From contig JBHGNT010000683.1 in NCBI GenBank assembly GCA_043228905.1, positions 1 through 17,784 on the forward strand: 17,784 nucleotides of DNA. The letters run 5' to 3'. Origin of the DNA: Azolla caroliniana. Lineage: Eukaryota; Plantae; Polypodiophyta. This document shows, in pieces, positions 1 through 8,700 of this stretch (the stretch's first letter is position 1; each line of letters begins with the position of its first letter). A model generated the notes under the pieces. That model saw nothing but the letters and a program-made list of their open reading frames with translations, had not been told where the DNA came from and ran no database searches. A program made the translations under genes and the position numbers.

Positions 1-910
1 CTTCGCTTCCTTGCCACCACCTTCCTTCTCTTGGTTCTTAATTTGGTTTGGGTATGATTCTTCGGTGATGGCCTTTTTTCCACTGACTGATATGTCCCCA
101 TCCATCATTGCCCAAATCTCTTGAAATAGTGGGGAGGAAGTCTCGGCACACTTACCATCCTCCTTTGCCACGTCATCCATAGCCATCTTCATCATGGCAT
201 CGTTGTCCTCCATTGTTCTTTCAGTCGGCTCAATTTGCTTTGAGATCTCAGTTGCTATTGGAGCCTTCCATCTTTGAACTATCAACCACACCATGTCAGA
301 ATCATCTAGCCATCGACGACGCTTGTCAAGCCATTCACATGCTTTTCTTACCTCAACCCAATCCGTTATGAGACCATTGGGTTGTGTTTCATCCTCTAAT
401 AGACTACCTAGTTCTCGTCTATCGTTCACATCCACCGCCTTTAAGAAGTATAGAACCTTATCTTCTTCGAGAAACATTTAGTCGGTGCTCGGGAGATGAT
501 TGTACATTTGCTCGAATTCGTTGTACACCCCCAATGCATTTATTTTCTTCCCCTTCTTCTCGATCCACTTCATCAATGTATGACGAGTCATCCTCGATTC
601 ATCTTCAAGCATATATTCAGCCAAAAGTGCCCTTTCGAATCTCCCTTATACGACCTTGTAACCCATTTGCCATGACATGCTTGAAGTTTGATATTTGTTT
701 CTCTTCGATGAAATCTCGTTGTAGCATCTCTGTCTTGTATATAATGAGGAAATCCGTAATATTTCTTCCACCAAATTGGCCCGCTATATCAATGATCTAG
801 TCGATGGCCTTGTTTAATCTTGTATTATTATCACGAGCTCTCATCATATGCTCAACAATAGCTACCAACTTCGCCACTTCGTCAACTTGGATGTTTGTTG
901 AAGAAGCCAT
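1..910 (-). pseudogene. gag: gypsy Gag pseudogene
   Basis: Manual translation: MASSTNIQVDEVAKLVAIVEHMMRARDNNTRLNKAID*IIDIAGQFGGRNITDFLIIYKTEMLQRD...IREI/FERALLAEYMLEDESRMTRHTLMKWIEKKGK...VLYFLKAVDVNDRRELGSLLEDETQPNGLITDW. It carries a capsid-like F(D/G)GxN motif, in-frame stops and a frameshift near 635, and begins about 45 nt after the PBS. Confidence 0.8.
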
Positions 911-954
911 CTTCTAATCTTCTATTTCAAGCACTTGAATCCTTCCTACCGCCT

Positions 955-973
955 ATTCACGTCGGGTTCACCA
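955..973 (-). other. Primer-binding site complementary to the tRNA-Trp 3' end
   Basis: Plus strand ATTCACGTCGGGTTCACCA matches the 3'-terminal 19 nt, including CCA, of plant cytosolic tRNA-Trp as I recall it. It lies just inside the LTR. Confidence 0.9.
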
Positions 974-981
974 CTTAATTA

Positions 982-1876
982 TGTCGTGAAAATCCGCCAG
1001 TAAATGCGGATAGTGAGGCGGAACCGCCGGGGTTCTGGACCAGAAGGATTTAGGGCTTAATGCTTAATGCACTTTAAGCTTAAAGACGAGAGATTTCCCT
1101 CTAATAAGAGTAAATTGGTAGTATAATAGATTGAATAATAGTTATTTACATTTATGCATAAGCAGATCTTCGAGTAGGAGATTATGCGAGATTGAATAAT
1201 ACTTAATTACTCTTATGAATAAAAAGGCTTAAAGTAAGCAAGCATGAATAACACTTAATTTTACTTATACATAAGAAAAGTTTAAAGAAAGAGATCATGA
1301 GAGAGTAAACATGGAAAGCTTTTTATTACTAAATCATCACTATAATGGATCTATTTTTTTACATGATTTTTTTTCTATCCCCTTTTAGGGTATAAGAGTA
1401 TGAGAGAGGAAACATAAATATTTTCTTCTTCACATCCCCTCCCCATTCTTCTTAAAATAAGCTCTTATTTATAGGTTTAGGATTGCTTGCTTGCTTTCTG
1501 TCTTTCTTTTTCCCAAAAGTTTCTCTATATGAGTCAACTTTGCTTTTTATCACTATTTCTGTTATGTAATATCAAATCGGACATGCAAACCACTCTTAGA
1601 AAGCTATTTTTGTTATATTTCTTATGAATATTTCCTTTTCTAATTTGGACATTGGACGAGGAAATTACAAGCTTTTTACTCGACCTTGCTCCTCATATCC
1701 ACGACTAGCTTTTCTTTTCCTATCTTTTTCTCTATTTTTGTCTACTTTCGAAAACCTCTTCTAACTTTTTATCCTTTCATTTATTACTATAGTTGATTTA
1801 ACAACATTAGTTTATTTGGACTATTTTATTCTCTTTTGAGGGTGGTTTCACACTATGTGTCGAAAACATCACGATA
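982..1876 (-). repeat. 5' LTR of element 1 (895 bp)
   Basis: Inverted termini TGTCGTGA (982) and TCACGATA (1876; one mismatch from ...ACA). AT-rich, with minus-strand TATAAATA at about 1466-1473 and the PBS adjacent. Confidence 0.85.
1128..1295. repeat. About 3 degenerate ~60-bp tandem units inside the LTR
   Basis: A TGAATAA(T/C)A(G/C)TTA...TTAT..ATAA core recurs at about 1128, 1189 and 1245. Confidence 0.55.
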
Positions 1877-2734
1877 GCGTGGATATGTGGACTTTAGGAC
1901 ATCTTTGGTGAATCCAATGTGAAAGAGAGGCAAGGGAGGATGACTACTCAAAATGAGGACTTCACATCAATGATGATGAGGATGATGATGCAGATGATGA
2001 GAGAAAGTATTGGCTTATACTTCTAGTCAATTTGAAGGAGAAAATATCTCAAATTTTTTAAATCTATACAATAATGAGATGCTTTAAGAAGGCACAAGAG
2101 AATCAAGTAAAATAAATTGTTTCAATTCAGTGTGGCATGGGTATTGCATAAAGGGATTGTAAAACTTCAACTAGCCCATACATCATAGTGTTCCTTTTAG
2201 AAGACATTGCCAGAGGAGTTTGAAGATGAAGACATGTTAGGTACAAGTCATTACGGATTTGTCAAGTTGGTTGCATTGAGGAAAACTCAAAAAAGTGCTT
2301 CAATGGAATTGCTTGAGTTTGAATAATTGCTTCATTCAAATATCAGGACAATATGAAAGATTGGTGGGGGTGAACAGGGTGTTGAGGTTCTTGAAGTTTG
2401 TTGATGCAAAGAATGAAGCTTGGAAGTCAACTAGAAGATCATGATGGAGCAAATGGATTAATCGAGAATTAGGATGAAGTTAAAAAAGTATGTCAACAAT
2501 ATGATTGAAAGTAAATGACAGTTTCGTCAAGTGCTTCAAATAAATCTATGGGATTAGAATGGTTGAATAATAATCAATAGTGTGATACTAGCTCAATGGT
2601 TATAAAAATTGTTGGAGATGGTTGTCAACAGTGAGTCAAGACAATCTAGTTCCAACTCACATGGAGGAAAAAAGTCTGTCAAGGAAGAGTCAGTCAACAT
2701 TCGATCTGGAATAACACGAGGAAGTTTGGGGGAT

Positions 2735-2843
2735 CTAGGCTACAATATGTTGGGGAAAAGTCTTTGAAGTTATGTACCTAGGCGGCAATATGTTGGGGAA
2801 AAGTCTCCGAGGTTATGCACCTAGGCGACTATATGTTGGGGAA
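2735..2843. repeat. 43-bp tandem repeat, about 2.5 copies
   Basis: CTAGGC..C(A/T)ATATGTTGGGGAA units start at 2735, 2778 and 2821. Confidence 0.9.
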
Positions 2844-3526
2844 GAACGAGAGGAAGTTTGGAGGTCGTCTAGATAAAAATGAGGAACTTGAGGATGGTCC
2901 AGATGATGCGAGACAAGCATCTACGAAACTTCATACTCAAGTCACAATTTGGTTGGGACAAAAATTAAGAAGGTTATTGGGGGCAATCTGGGCGATGTGA
3001 TGAATTTCATCTCCAAAGCTTTACACCCTAAGGAAAACATGATAGGGGAAGATAATGAGAAGTCTTGATGTGGTTCAGACAAATGATGAGAAAAATACCA
3101 TCTATAAAGCTTCATGTCCAAGCTTCGCTACATACAAGGACTCACATTAAACAATGAAGTCATATGAAGATATTGACCTTAAAGATGGGATAGTGCCAAC
3201 TAGCCTTGAAGCCATTATGCTCGAGACTATGCAAAAAGAGAGAAAGGAAATAATGATGAGGTACAAGAGTTTGATAACAAAATATTTGAACGTGAGCAAG
3301 TGGAAGGGTATAATAGAGTTGAGTTGTTGTCAAATCCCAAGACTTGGGCGTCAACTAGCAGGGATGGTGTGGTTGATGTTGACAAGATCGTCACCAAACC
3401 TTTTGGCCCATGCCATAATACGACCAAAGAGAAGGATAAAAATAATTTCAAGATGAATGAGGATATAAAGAGTGAAGCCAATGAAGGCAGTCTAGAGCAA
3501 GATAAAGATTTGGTGGATGGAGACAA

Positions 3527-4444
3527 TGTGACGTAAATGCACGTGCGTGTGCTACTCGAGCAAGACCACGGGGGATTTGGACCAGGGAGGACACAATGAC
3601 TTGGAAGGTGTGGATGTTAGTCAACTCGAATGCTCCTAGGAGTTGAAATCTTGTTAGAGTCGAATGATCTTCAAACTCAAAGGCTCCCAGACTTGAAGGC
3701 TCCTCAAGTCAAATGCTCTTTAGATTAAAAGGCTCTTTAGAGTCAAAGGCTTGTCAGACTCAAAGGCTCACTAGATTCGAAAGCTTGTTAGAGTCAAAGG
3801 CTTGTAGGAATTGCATGGAGCGACGAGTCAAATGATCATTAGCATGCGTGGTTGAGATCAAAATGGGTGAAAGCATGGGAATGAGAACAATTAGATGTGT
3901 CCTTGACATAACTAATTAGCTATGCAAAAAGTTGCATGTAATTTGCATATTTTGGCAATTTTAGAGATGATTAGAATGTGATCTCAAATAAAGACTAGCT
4001 AAAATGTGGACCATAAAGGGTAATATTTCCATCCCCATAATTATAGGGTTTGGGTAGGTGGTGAGGTGTGTTGGTAATATTGCATTGGGGCTAATATTGA
4101 CTTCTTTGGCCTCATCTTCGTGTTCGGAATGTCGTTGGGAAGATCTTGTTGACGTAGTCTTCCGTGGTTTGCATTTCCTCCGCATGGTCGTGGGGAGCTC
4201 TTGTTCATGACACTTGAGGTTGTGTGCGATATGTTGCCTCGAGTGATTACATTAACCCCAACAATCGAGGGGATTATTGACAAGAGATTTGCGTCGATGC
4301 ACTTCTTTTTCTCAGGGAAATTGGGTACGAGTTGTTCCCTAGCACCACTTGGAGAAGATGCTTCCTATTGGAACCACTTGATGAGGTCTTATGCTTGTTG
4401 ATGAGGAGGAGTTGATGTTGGGGGCTAGATTGGTGCCTCATGGT
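3527..4444 (+). repeat. Probable LTR of element 2 (right end not visible)
   Basis: Starts with TG directly after a PPT-like tract and contains U3-type tandem repeats. There is no second copy in the window to confirm it. Confidence 0.45.
3621..3805. repeat. 17-bp minisatellite, about 11 degenerate units, consensus TAGAGTCAAAGGCTTGT
   Basis: Exact 17-bp period at 3721, 3738, 3755, 3772 and 3789, with more diverged 16-18-bp units back to about 3621. Confidence 0.85.
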
Positions 4445-4720
4445 AGTTATAACGCTTGGCCCCAACCGAGTCTCAAACACACGATGGAAGAAATAAACAG
4501 AGAGTGACAATGCACTTACACAAACAATAGTGACGACACCGGTATTAACGTGGAAACCCTAATCGGGGAAAACCATGGGAGTTCTCTAACTCCGAATAGG
4601 ATCACTACAGAGGAGGGTACAAACAGAATGAGACTTAGAGGCAACGACATGGAGCTCTGTATCTTCGCAAGCCAACGGTTACAACAGAAAGAGCTTTCTG
4701 TGTCTCTCTCCCTCTCTGTA
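4445..4720 (-). repeat. Copia 3' LTR, distal (R/U5) part
   Basis: Contains the copia-LTR-like motif GGTTTTCCCCGATTAGGGTTTCCACGTTAA on the minus strand and joins to 6031 when the LINE and one TSD copy are removed. The terminal CA is imperfect, so the end is uncertain by about 1 nt. Confidence 0.7.
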
Positions 4721-5935
4721 GATGATGTAGTGCTTTTTGCAAATACTTTAGGAGATGCACAAAATCTTATGAAGGCATTGAAATTTTTTTGCATGCATAC
4801 TAAATTAAGTGTCAATAGCTCTAAAACAAAGATTATGCTTGTGAAGAGCCAAAAAAGAGAAAAACCATGCATTATGTACAACAATGAGCCACTCGAATGT
4901 GTGGAAAACGTCAAATATCTTGTCCTTGAAGTTCCTTCAAATCATAGATGGAATGAATGTGCTACACACCGCTTAGAGGTGGGTAAGCGAGCATACTATA
5001 CATTTGAGAACACATGAAATCTTGGAGATATTAAGTGGTGGGTCCTCAAGAAATATTTTTTCGACACTTTGGTGACACCGGTTCTTCTCTATGGGGTGGA
5101 AGTATGGGGCGGTAGCATCCCTAAATCTATGTGGAAAGAGTTTGAAAATGTCCAAAAACAATTTCTTACAAAGTTTCTACAAGTTAAGAAACAAACGCCC
5201 TACACCCTCCTCCTTGAGACGGGATCGCTTCACATTGAGATCATGGCCATGGAAAGGGTTGTTGAATACATGCTTAAGGTTCAAAAAAGTCCCTCACATT
5301 GACTTCCTAGAATTGCGTGGGAAGCAAGCAAAAAGATCCAAAAGACGGATAAAAGCAAAATTTTGTGTTCCAGTTGGATGCACGATATAGAAAAATGGTT
5401 TGGTAGATGGGATGCGGGACACTTGCTTCATGATGCATCATTAGATTCCTCTGTAAATGAGGCCTTTTTTCAACGCCAATGTATCATAACATGGGACAAA
5501 TGTGGAGGCTTGCACTTCACACATTATACTACACATGTTGCACATAACTACAAAACTATATTCTTTGCGGAACGGGGAAATCGTACACATGGATACATGT
5601 TAGAGCCCATACCGTTATCCGCCATTCGAACCATTGCTTCCATGCGACTTAGCTCACATGCATTGCGATGTGAAATAGGGCGTTGGGGCACAACTGATGA
5701 GAGTGGTCGGCTATGCACACTTTGCCCTAAACAAGTTCGCCAGTCTGAGTATCACACTTTGATACAATGCTCTGCCTTTGATCATATTCGACCATGCTTT
5801 CCACATCTCTTCGACCAAGCCCAATATTTGCATGAATTCCTCTCACAACCACAATGTGCACTCTTGATTGCAACATTCATTGGTAAAGTTCTTGAACATC
5901 GAGAGTCACTACTCACTTTCACACGTATCACGTGA
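4721..5935 (+). pseudogene. LINE ORF2 C-terminal part (RT from the catalytic DD onward, thumb, CCHC zinc finger)
   Basis: ORFs 4550-5017, 5069-5302 and 5363-5935 share one frame, split by two TGA stops. Motifs: DDVVL, LSVNSSKTKIM, VKYLVL, PVLLYGVEVWG, RLSSHALRCEIGRW, CTLC-x9-H-x4-C. Confidence 0.92.
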
Positions 5936-5991
5936 AATGTAATATTTTTGGTCTCATAGGTCATATTTGACCTCCGAAGACGACAATATAA

Positions 5992-5992
<1 letters not shown>

Positions 5993-6024
<32 letters not shown>
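5993..6024 (+). repeat. (TCTA)8 microsatellite forming the LINE 3' tail
   Basis: Perfect tetranucleotide run about 57 nt after the ORF2 stop, abutting the TSD. Confidence 0.9.
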
Positions 6025-6027
<3 letters not shown>

Positions 6028-6030
6028 GTA

Positions 6031-6216
6031 CAACAATAATGATAACAACATGTTATCTAACTCACTTTTCCCTAGTTATATATATACATATATAACTTTG
6101 GGTCTATTTACAAATATAACCATCCGAATATCTTCAGGATCCATCCGGTCCGGTTCCTTCCTTCGATTTGTCTGGTTCTCATCCAGATCCCATTCGGAGG
6201 TATCAGTTTCCCAACA
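6031..6216 (-). repeat. Copia 3' LTR, proximal (U3) part
   Basis: Starts TGTTGGG on the minus strand 2 nt after the PPT, with a TA-rich TATA region at about 6076-6095. The reconstructed LTR is about 460 bp. Confidence 0.85.
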
Positions 6217-6218
6217 AA

Positions 6219-6230
6219 CTCCCCCTTCAC
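6219..6230 (-). other. Copia polypurine tract
   Basis: Minus strand GTGAAGGGGGAG followed by TT-TGTTGG; it overlaps the pol stop codon. Confidence 0.9.
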
Positions 6231-7894
6231 TCCGGCATGGGATGTCTTGCTAATCCGATCCGTCTCCAACACACATCCAACTTGTCGCTAACAACACTTT
6301 GGTCAACATGTCCGACCCGTTCTCCTCCGTATGGATCTTTGTTAGCAAAAACTCTTTATCTTCTACCTTCTCCTAGTGCTATTGATATCTCCTCTGGATG
6401 TGCTTGGTCCGGGAGTGGTAGGCCACATTCTTTGCCAGGTGGATGGCACTTTGATTGTCGCGGTAGAGCCAGTATTCCTCCTGTTGGATTCCTAGCTCTT
6501 TGATGAGGTCCTTCATCCAGATTACTTCCTTGCCGGCTTCTATAGCTGCCATGTATTCCACTTCTGTTGTTGACAGGGCAACAGAATTCTGTAGCCTTGA
6601 CTGCCATGATACGGCTCCCCTTGCATATGTCATGACGTATTCGGATGTAGACTGACTGGTATCTGCATAAGCCGACATGTCGGAATCAATGAAGCCTTCT
6701 GGTTGGGGTTTTCCGAAGCCGAATCAGAGGCACATACTCGAGGTGCCTTTCAGGTACCAGAGTATCCACTTCACAACGACCCAATGTTCTCTTCCTAGAT
6801 TGCTCATAAATTGGCTGACCACAACGACTGCATATCCAATATCCGGTCATGTGCACACCATTGCGTACATCAAACTTCCAAGGACAGAGGCACATGGTAT
6901 CTTCATCATCTCTGACTTCTCTGCCTTTGTCTTCGGGCTCTGTTTTTCGGACAACTTGCAATATGCCGGAAGTGTCGACCCGACCGGCTTAACATCCGTC
7001 ATGTTGAACCGTTGAAGCACCTTTGTCACGTACTTCTCCTGTGACAGCCACAACTGCTTCTTCGTCCGGTCCCGGACTAGGTGCATCCCCAATATCTGCT
7101 TTACAGGACCCATATCTCTCATTGAGAATGACCGGCTCAAGGCCTCCTTCAGCATCCCAATTTTGATATGGTCCTGTCCGACGATCAACATGTCATCCAT
7201 GTACAACAATAGTATCAGCAAGTCGCCTCTGTCAAATTTCTTCACGAACACACAGTTGTCGGCTTGTGTCTTGTGGTATCCTTGGTCGGTCATGAAGGAG
7301 TCGAACTTCTGGTACCATTGCCGGGGAGCTTGCTTCAATCTGTATAAAGCTCTTCTGCAACCGCCACACCAAGTTCTCCTTCCTTTTCTTGACAAATCCT
7401 TCCGGATGTTGCATGTAGATCTCTTCTTCGAGGTCGCTATGTAGGAACGTCATCTTGACGTCTAATTGCTCTATACTTTGAGTTCCATGATTGCTGCTAT
7501 GCTCAACACCATCCGGATGGATGTCATACTATCGGGGCAAAGATCACATCGAAATCCTCTCCTTTCTTCTGCTCAAAGCCCTTCACCACGATGGATTTTG
7601 TACCTTGGTGGATTTCCAGCATCTCCCGGTTTCAACTTGTACACCCACTTGTTCCGGAGTGCTCTCTTTCCCTTCGACAACACTGTTAGTTCATATGTGT
7701 GGTTCTCATGTAGGGAATCCATCTCATCCTGCATGGTACTCAACCACTTGCGGATGTGGGTGTCTTTCTTTGCTTCTTCGAAGCTTTCCAGCTCCCCCTC
7801 GTTGGTCAGCAACACTTGCTCTGTATCCGGAAATCTCTAGAGGGCATCTCTAGTCTAATTTTGCTCTCTTGTCCTTTGCTACATGTAAGTAGGC
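6227..7894 (-). pseudogene. pol: copia Pol pseudogene (RT and RNase H), with frameshifts and deletions
   Basis: Motifs KWVYKLK, QLDVKMTFLHSDLEEEIYM, LYRLKQAPRQWY, LLYMDDMLIVG, GSLMYAMVCT, AVSWQSRLQNSVALSTTEVEYMAA, DNQSAIHLAKN, HSRTKHI. Confidence 0.95.
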
Positions 7895-7916
7895 TGTCAT
7901 GAACACATGACCATTA

Positions 7917-7984
7917 TGGCGTCACCTGGACTTGAACCTCGAACCTTGTAATCCATAATTGAAAACCTCAACCACTAAGATAGC
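7917..7984 (-). other. Degenerate tRNA-like (A box / B box) segment within the LTR U3
   Basis: Minus strand GCTATCTTAGTGGTTGAGG...AGGTTCGAGGTTCAAGTCCAGGTGACGCCA has an A-box-like TATCTTAGTGG and a B box GGTTCAAGTCC at tRNA spacing. Stems are imperfect, so it is not a functional tRNA. Confidence 0.55.
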
Positions 7985-8051
7985 TTATTGTCATATGAGA
8001 GGATAAAAGCTACTTTTTGTATTACATTGATTGTTGTAAAAACTCTAGATC

Positions 8052-8091
8052 ATTCTAGAATGTCCTAGAACATTCTAGAACATTATAGAAA
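8052..8091. promoter_or_regulatory. Heat-shock element (nGAAn) array
   Basis: aTTCt aGAAt gTCCt aGAAc aTTCt aGAAc aTTAt aGAAa: eight phased alternating pentamers, six perfect, ending about 25 bp upstream of the TATA box. Confidence 0.7.
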
Positions 8092-8115
8092 TCTCTAAGC
8101 TATTCTATAAGAACC

Positions 8116-8123
8116 TATAAATA
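8116..8123 (+). promoter_or_regulatory. TATA box of the element 5 LTR
   Basis: CCTATAAATA context, 31 nt upstream of the predicted start at 8147. Confidence 0.75.
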
Positions 8124-8310
8124 AGGGCATACATGTATTCTCAAATCAATTCGAATCAACACCAGTCTTTTGCTCTCATTACATATCGTTCCTTTCTTTC
8201 TTTCTCTATCTTAATACACCCATTCTTCTCTTAGCATTTCATTCCTTTCTTCTCGTGTTCTGTTATATCCTTCTTCCATCACTCAATTTTTTATTCTTGG
8301 TTCTAACAGT

Positions 8311-8323
8311 TTGATTCGAATTG
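8311..8323 (+). other. Self-priming PBS, complementary to 8147-8159
   Basis: TTGATTCGAATTG lies 2 nt after the LTR end and is the exact reverse complement of CAATTCGAATCAA at 8147-8159. No TGG-initiated tRNA PBS is present. Confidence 0.8.
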
Positions 8324-8357
8324 TCTCTCTCTCTCTCTCTCATCCTCCTCTGTAACC

Positions 8358-8700
8358 ATGACGAAATCATGGCGCCATTAACTTAGAAGAATATCTCACC
8401 CTTGTTGCAAAAATGGAGAATTTTAAATACAAGTTCGCATCTCTTGAAGTAGAGAATCAATAACTACTTGGGGATCTACAAAAGGTTATTATAAAGAAGC
8501 AACAACAATAAGAGGAGTTCACGCTACGGGTTCACAACAGTTAGAGTTGACAATCGTAGTGTTACAACAACAAAGGGTTGAAGGTCAAGGACTTATCAAG
8601 GAGCCCAAAATCAACTTCCCAGCTAAATTTGATGGTTCGAGGTCGCATTTCCGAGGTTTCTTGAATCAAGTACGGTTGGTGATTCAAATGCATCCCACGC
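8358..8700 (+). pseudogene. gag: gypsy Gag N-terminus (sushi/Tcn1/PEG10-like), with stops and frameshifts, truncated by insertion
   Basis: Manual translation gives a coiled-coil-like LVAKMENFKYKFASLEVENQ followed by KEPKINFPAKFDGSRSHFRGFLNQVRLVIQMHP. Confidence 0.85.

Larger units (their letters stand above)
1..1876 (-). mobile_element. Ty3/gypsy LTR retrotransposon, 5' part (5' LTR, PBS, gag); continues off the left edge (element 1)
   Basis: Minus-strand order is LTR (1876-982), 8-nt spacer, tRNA-Trp PBS (973-955), then ATG at 910 opening a gag-like frame. Confidence 0.9.
1877..4444 (+). mobile_element. Highly degenerate LTR-element 3' part: internal region plus probable 3' LTR (element 2)
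   Basis: Purine-skewed plus strand with no recognisable domain. A purine-rich tract GGTGGATGGAGACAA is followed directly by TGTGACG at 3527, then tandem repeats and a TATA-like site near 4040. Cut by the copia LTR at about 4445. Confidence 0.5.
4721..6024 (+). mobile_element. 5'-truncated non-LTR retrotransposon (LINE), RTEX-like, with (TCTA)n tail (element 4)
   Basis: Contains the RT C-terminal half, a CCHC finger, a short 3' UTR and a microsatellite tail. Flanked by the direct repeat TCTGTA (4715-4720 and 6025-6030). Confidence 0.9.
4445..7894 (-). mobile_element. Ty1/copia LTR retrotransposon (Tnt1/Tork-like), 3' half (element 3)
   Basis: Minus-strand order is post-integrase AYLHVAKDKRAKLD, RT, RNase H, PPT, 3' LTR. 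The LTR is interrupted by a LINE and pol is cut at 7894 by element 5. Confidence 0.95.
7895..8308 (+). repeat. 5' LTR of element 5 (414 bp)
   Basis: Runs TGTCATGAAC...GTTCTAACA, begins exactly where copia homology stops, and has an internal TATA box and a pyrimidine-rich R/U5. Confidence 0.8.
7895..8700 (+). mobile_element. Ty3/gypsy element of Tf1/sushi/Tcn1 type, 5' LTR plus start of gag (element 5)
   Basis: TG...CA LTR, non-tRNA PBS and a sushi/Tcn1-type gag N-terminus. Inserted into copia pol (left flank TAGGC) and cut at 8700 by another LTR. The lineage call rests on gag and PBS only, since no RT is in the window. Confidence 0.8.

Noticed and set aside
293-800. Plus-strand Ser-rich ORFs 293-481 and 384-800
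   Set aside because: They are antisense to the gag pseudogene.
955-973. tRNA-Trp gene
   Set aside because: Only the 3' 19 nt including CCA are present, next to an LTR, which identifies it as a PBS.
3154-3456. Chromodomain suggested by KYLNVSKWKG
   Set aside because: The upstream aromatic/ILD and downstream TWEP motifs are absent, the spacing is wrong and no integrase precedes it, so it is likely chance.
3621-3805. CRISPR-like array
   Set aside because: Units are contiguous with no unique spacers, no cas genes are present, and the context is eukaryotic retroelement DNA.
3961-4510. Short ORFs as a host gene
   Set aside because: There are no motifs or consistent frame, and they lie in a probable LTR, with one crossing the copia junction.
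7917-7992. Functional tRNA gene
   Set aside because: The acceptor stem does not pair and the anticodon and T stems are mismatched; kept only as a tRNA-like remnant.
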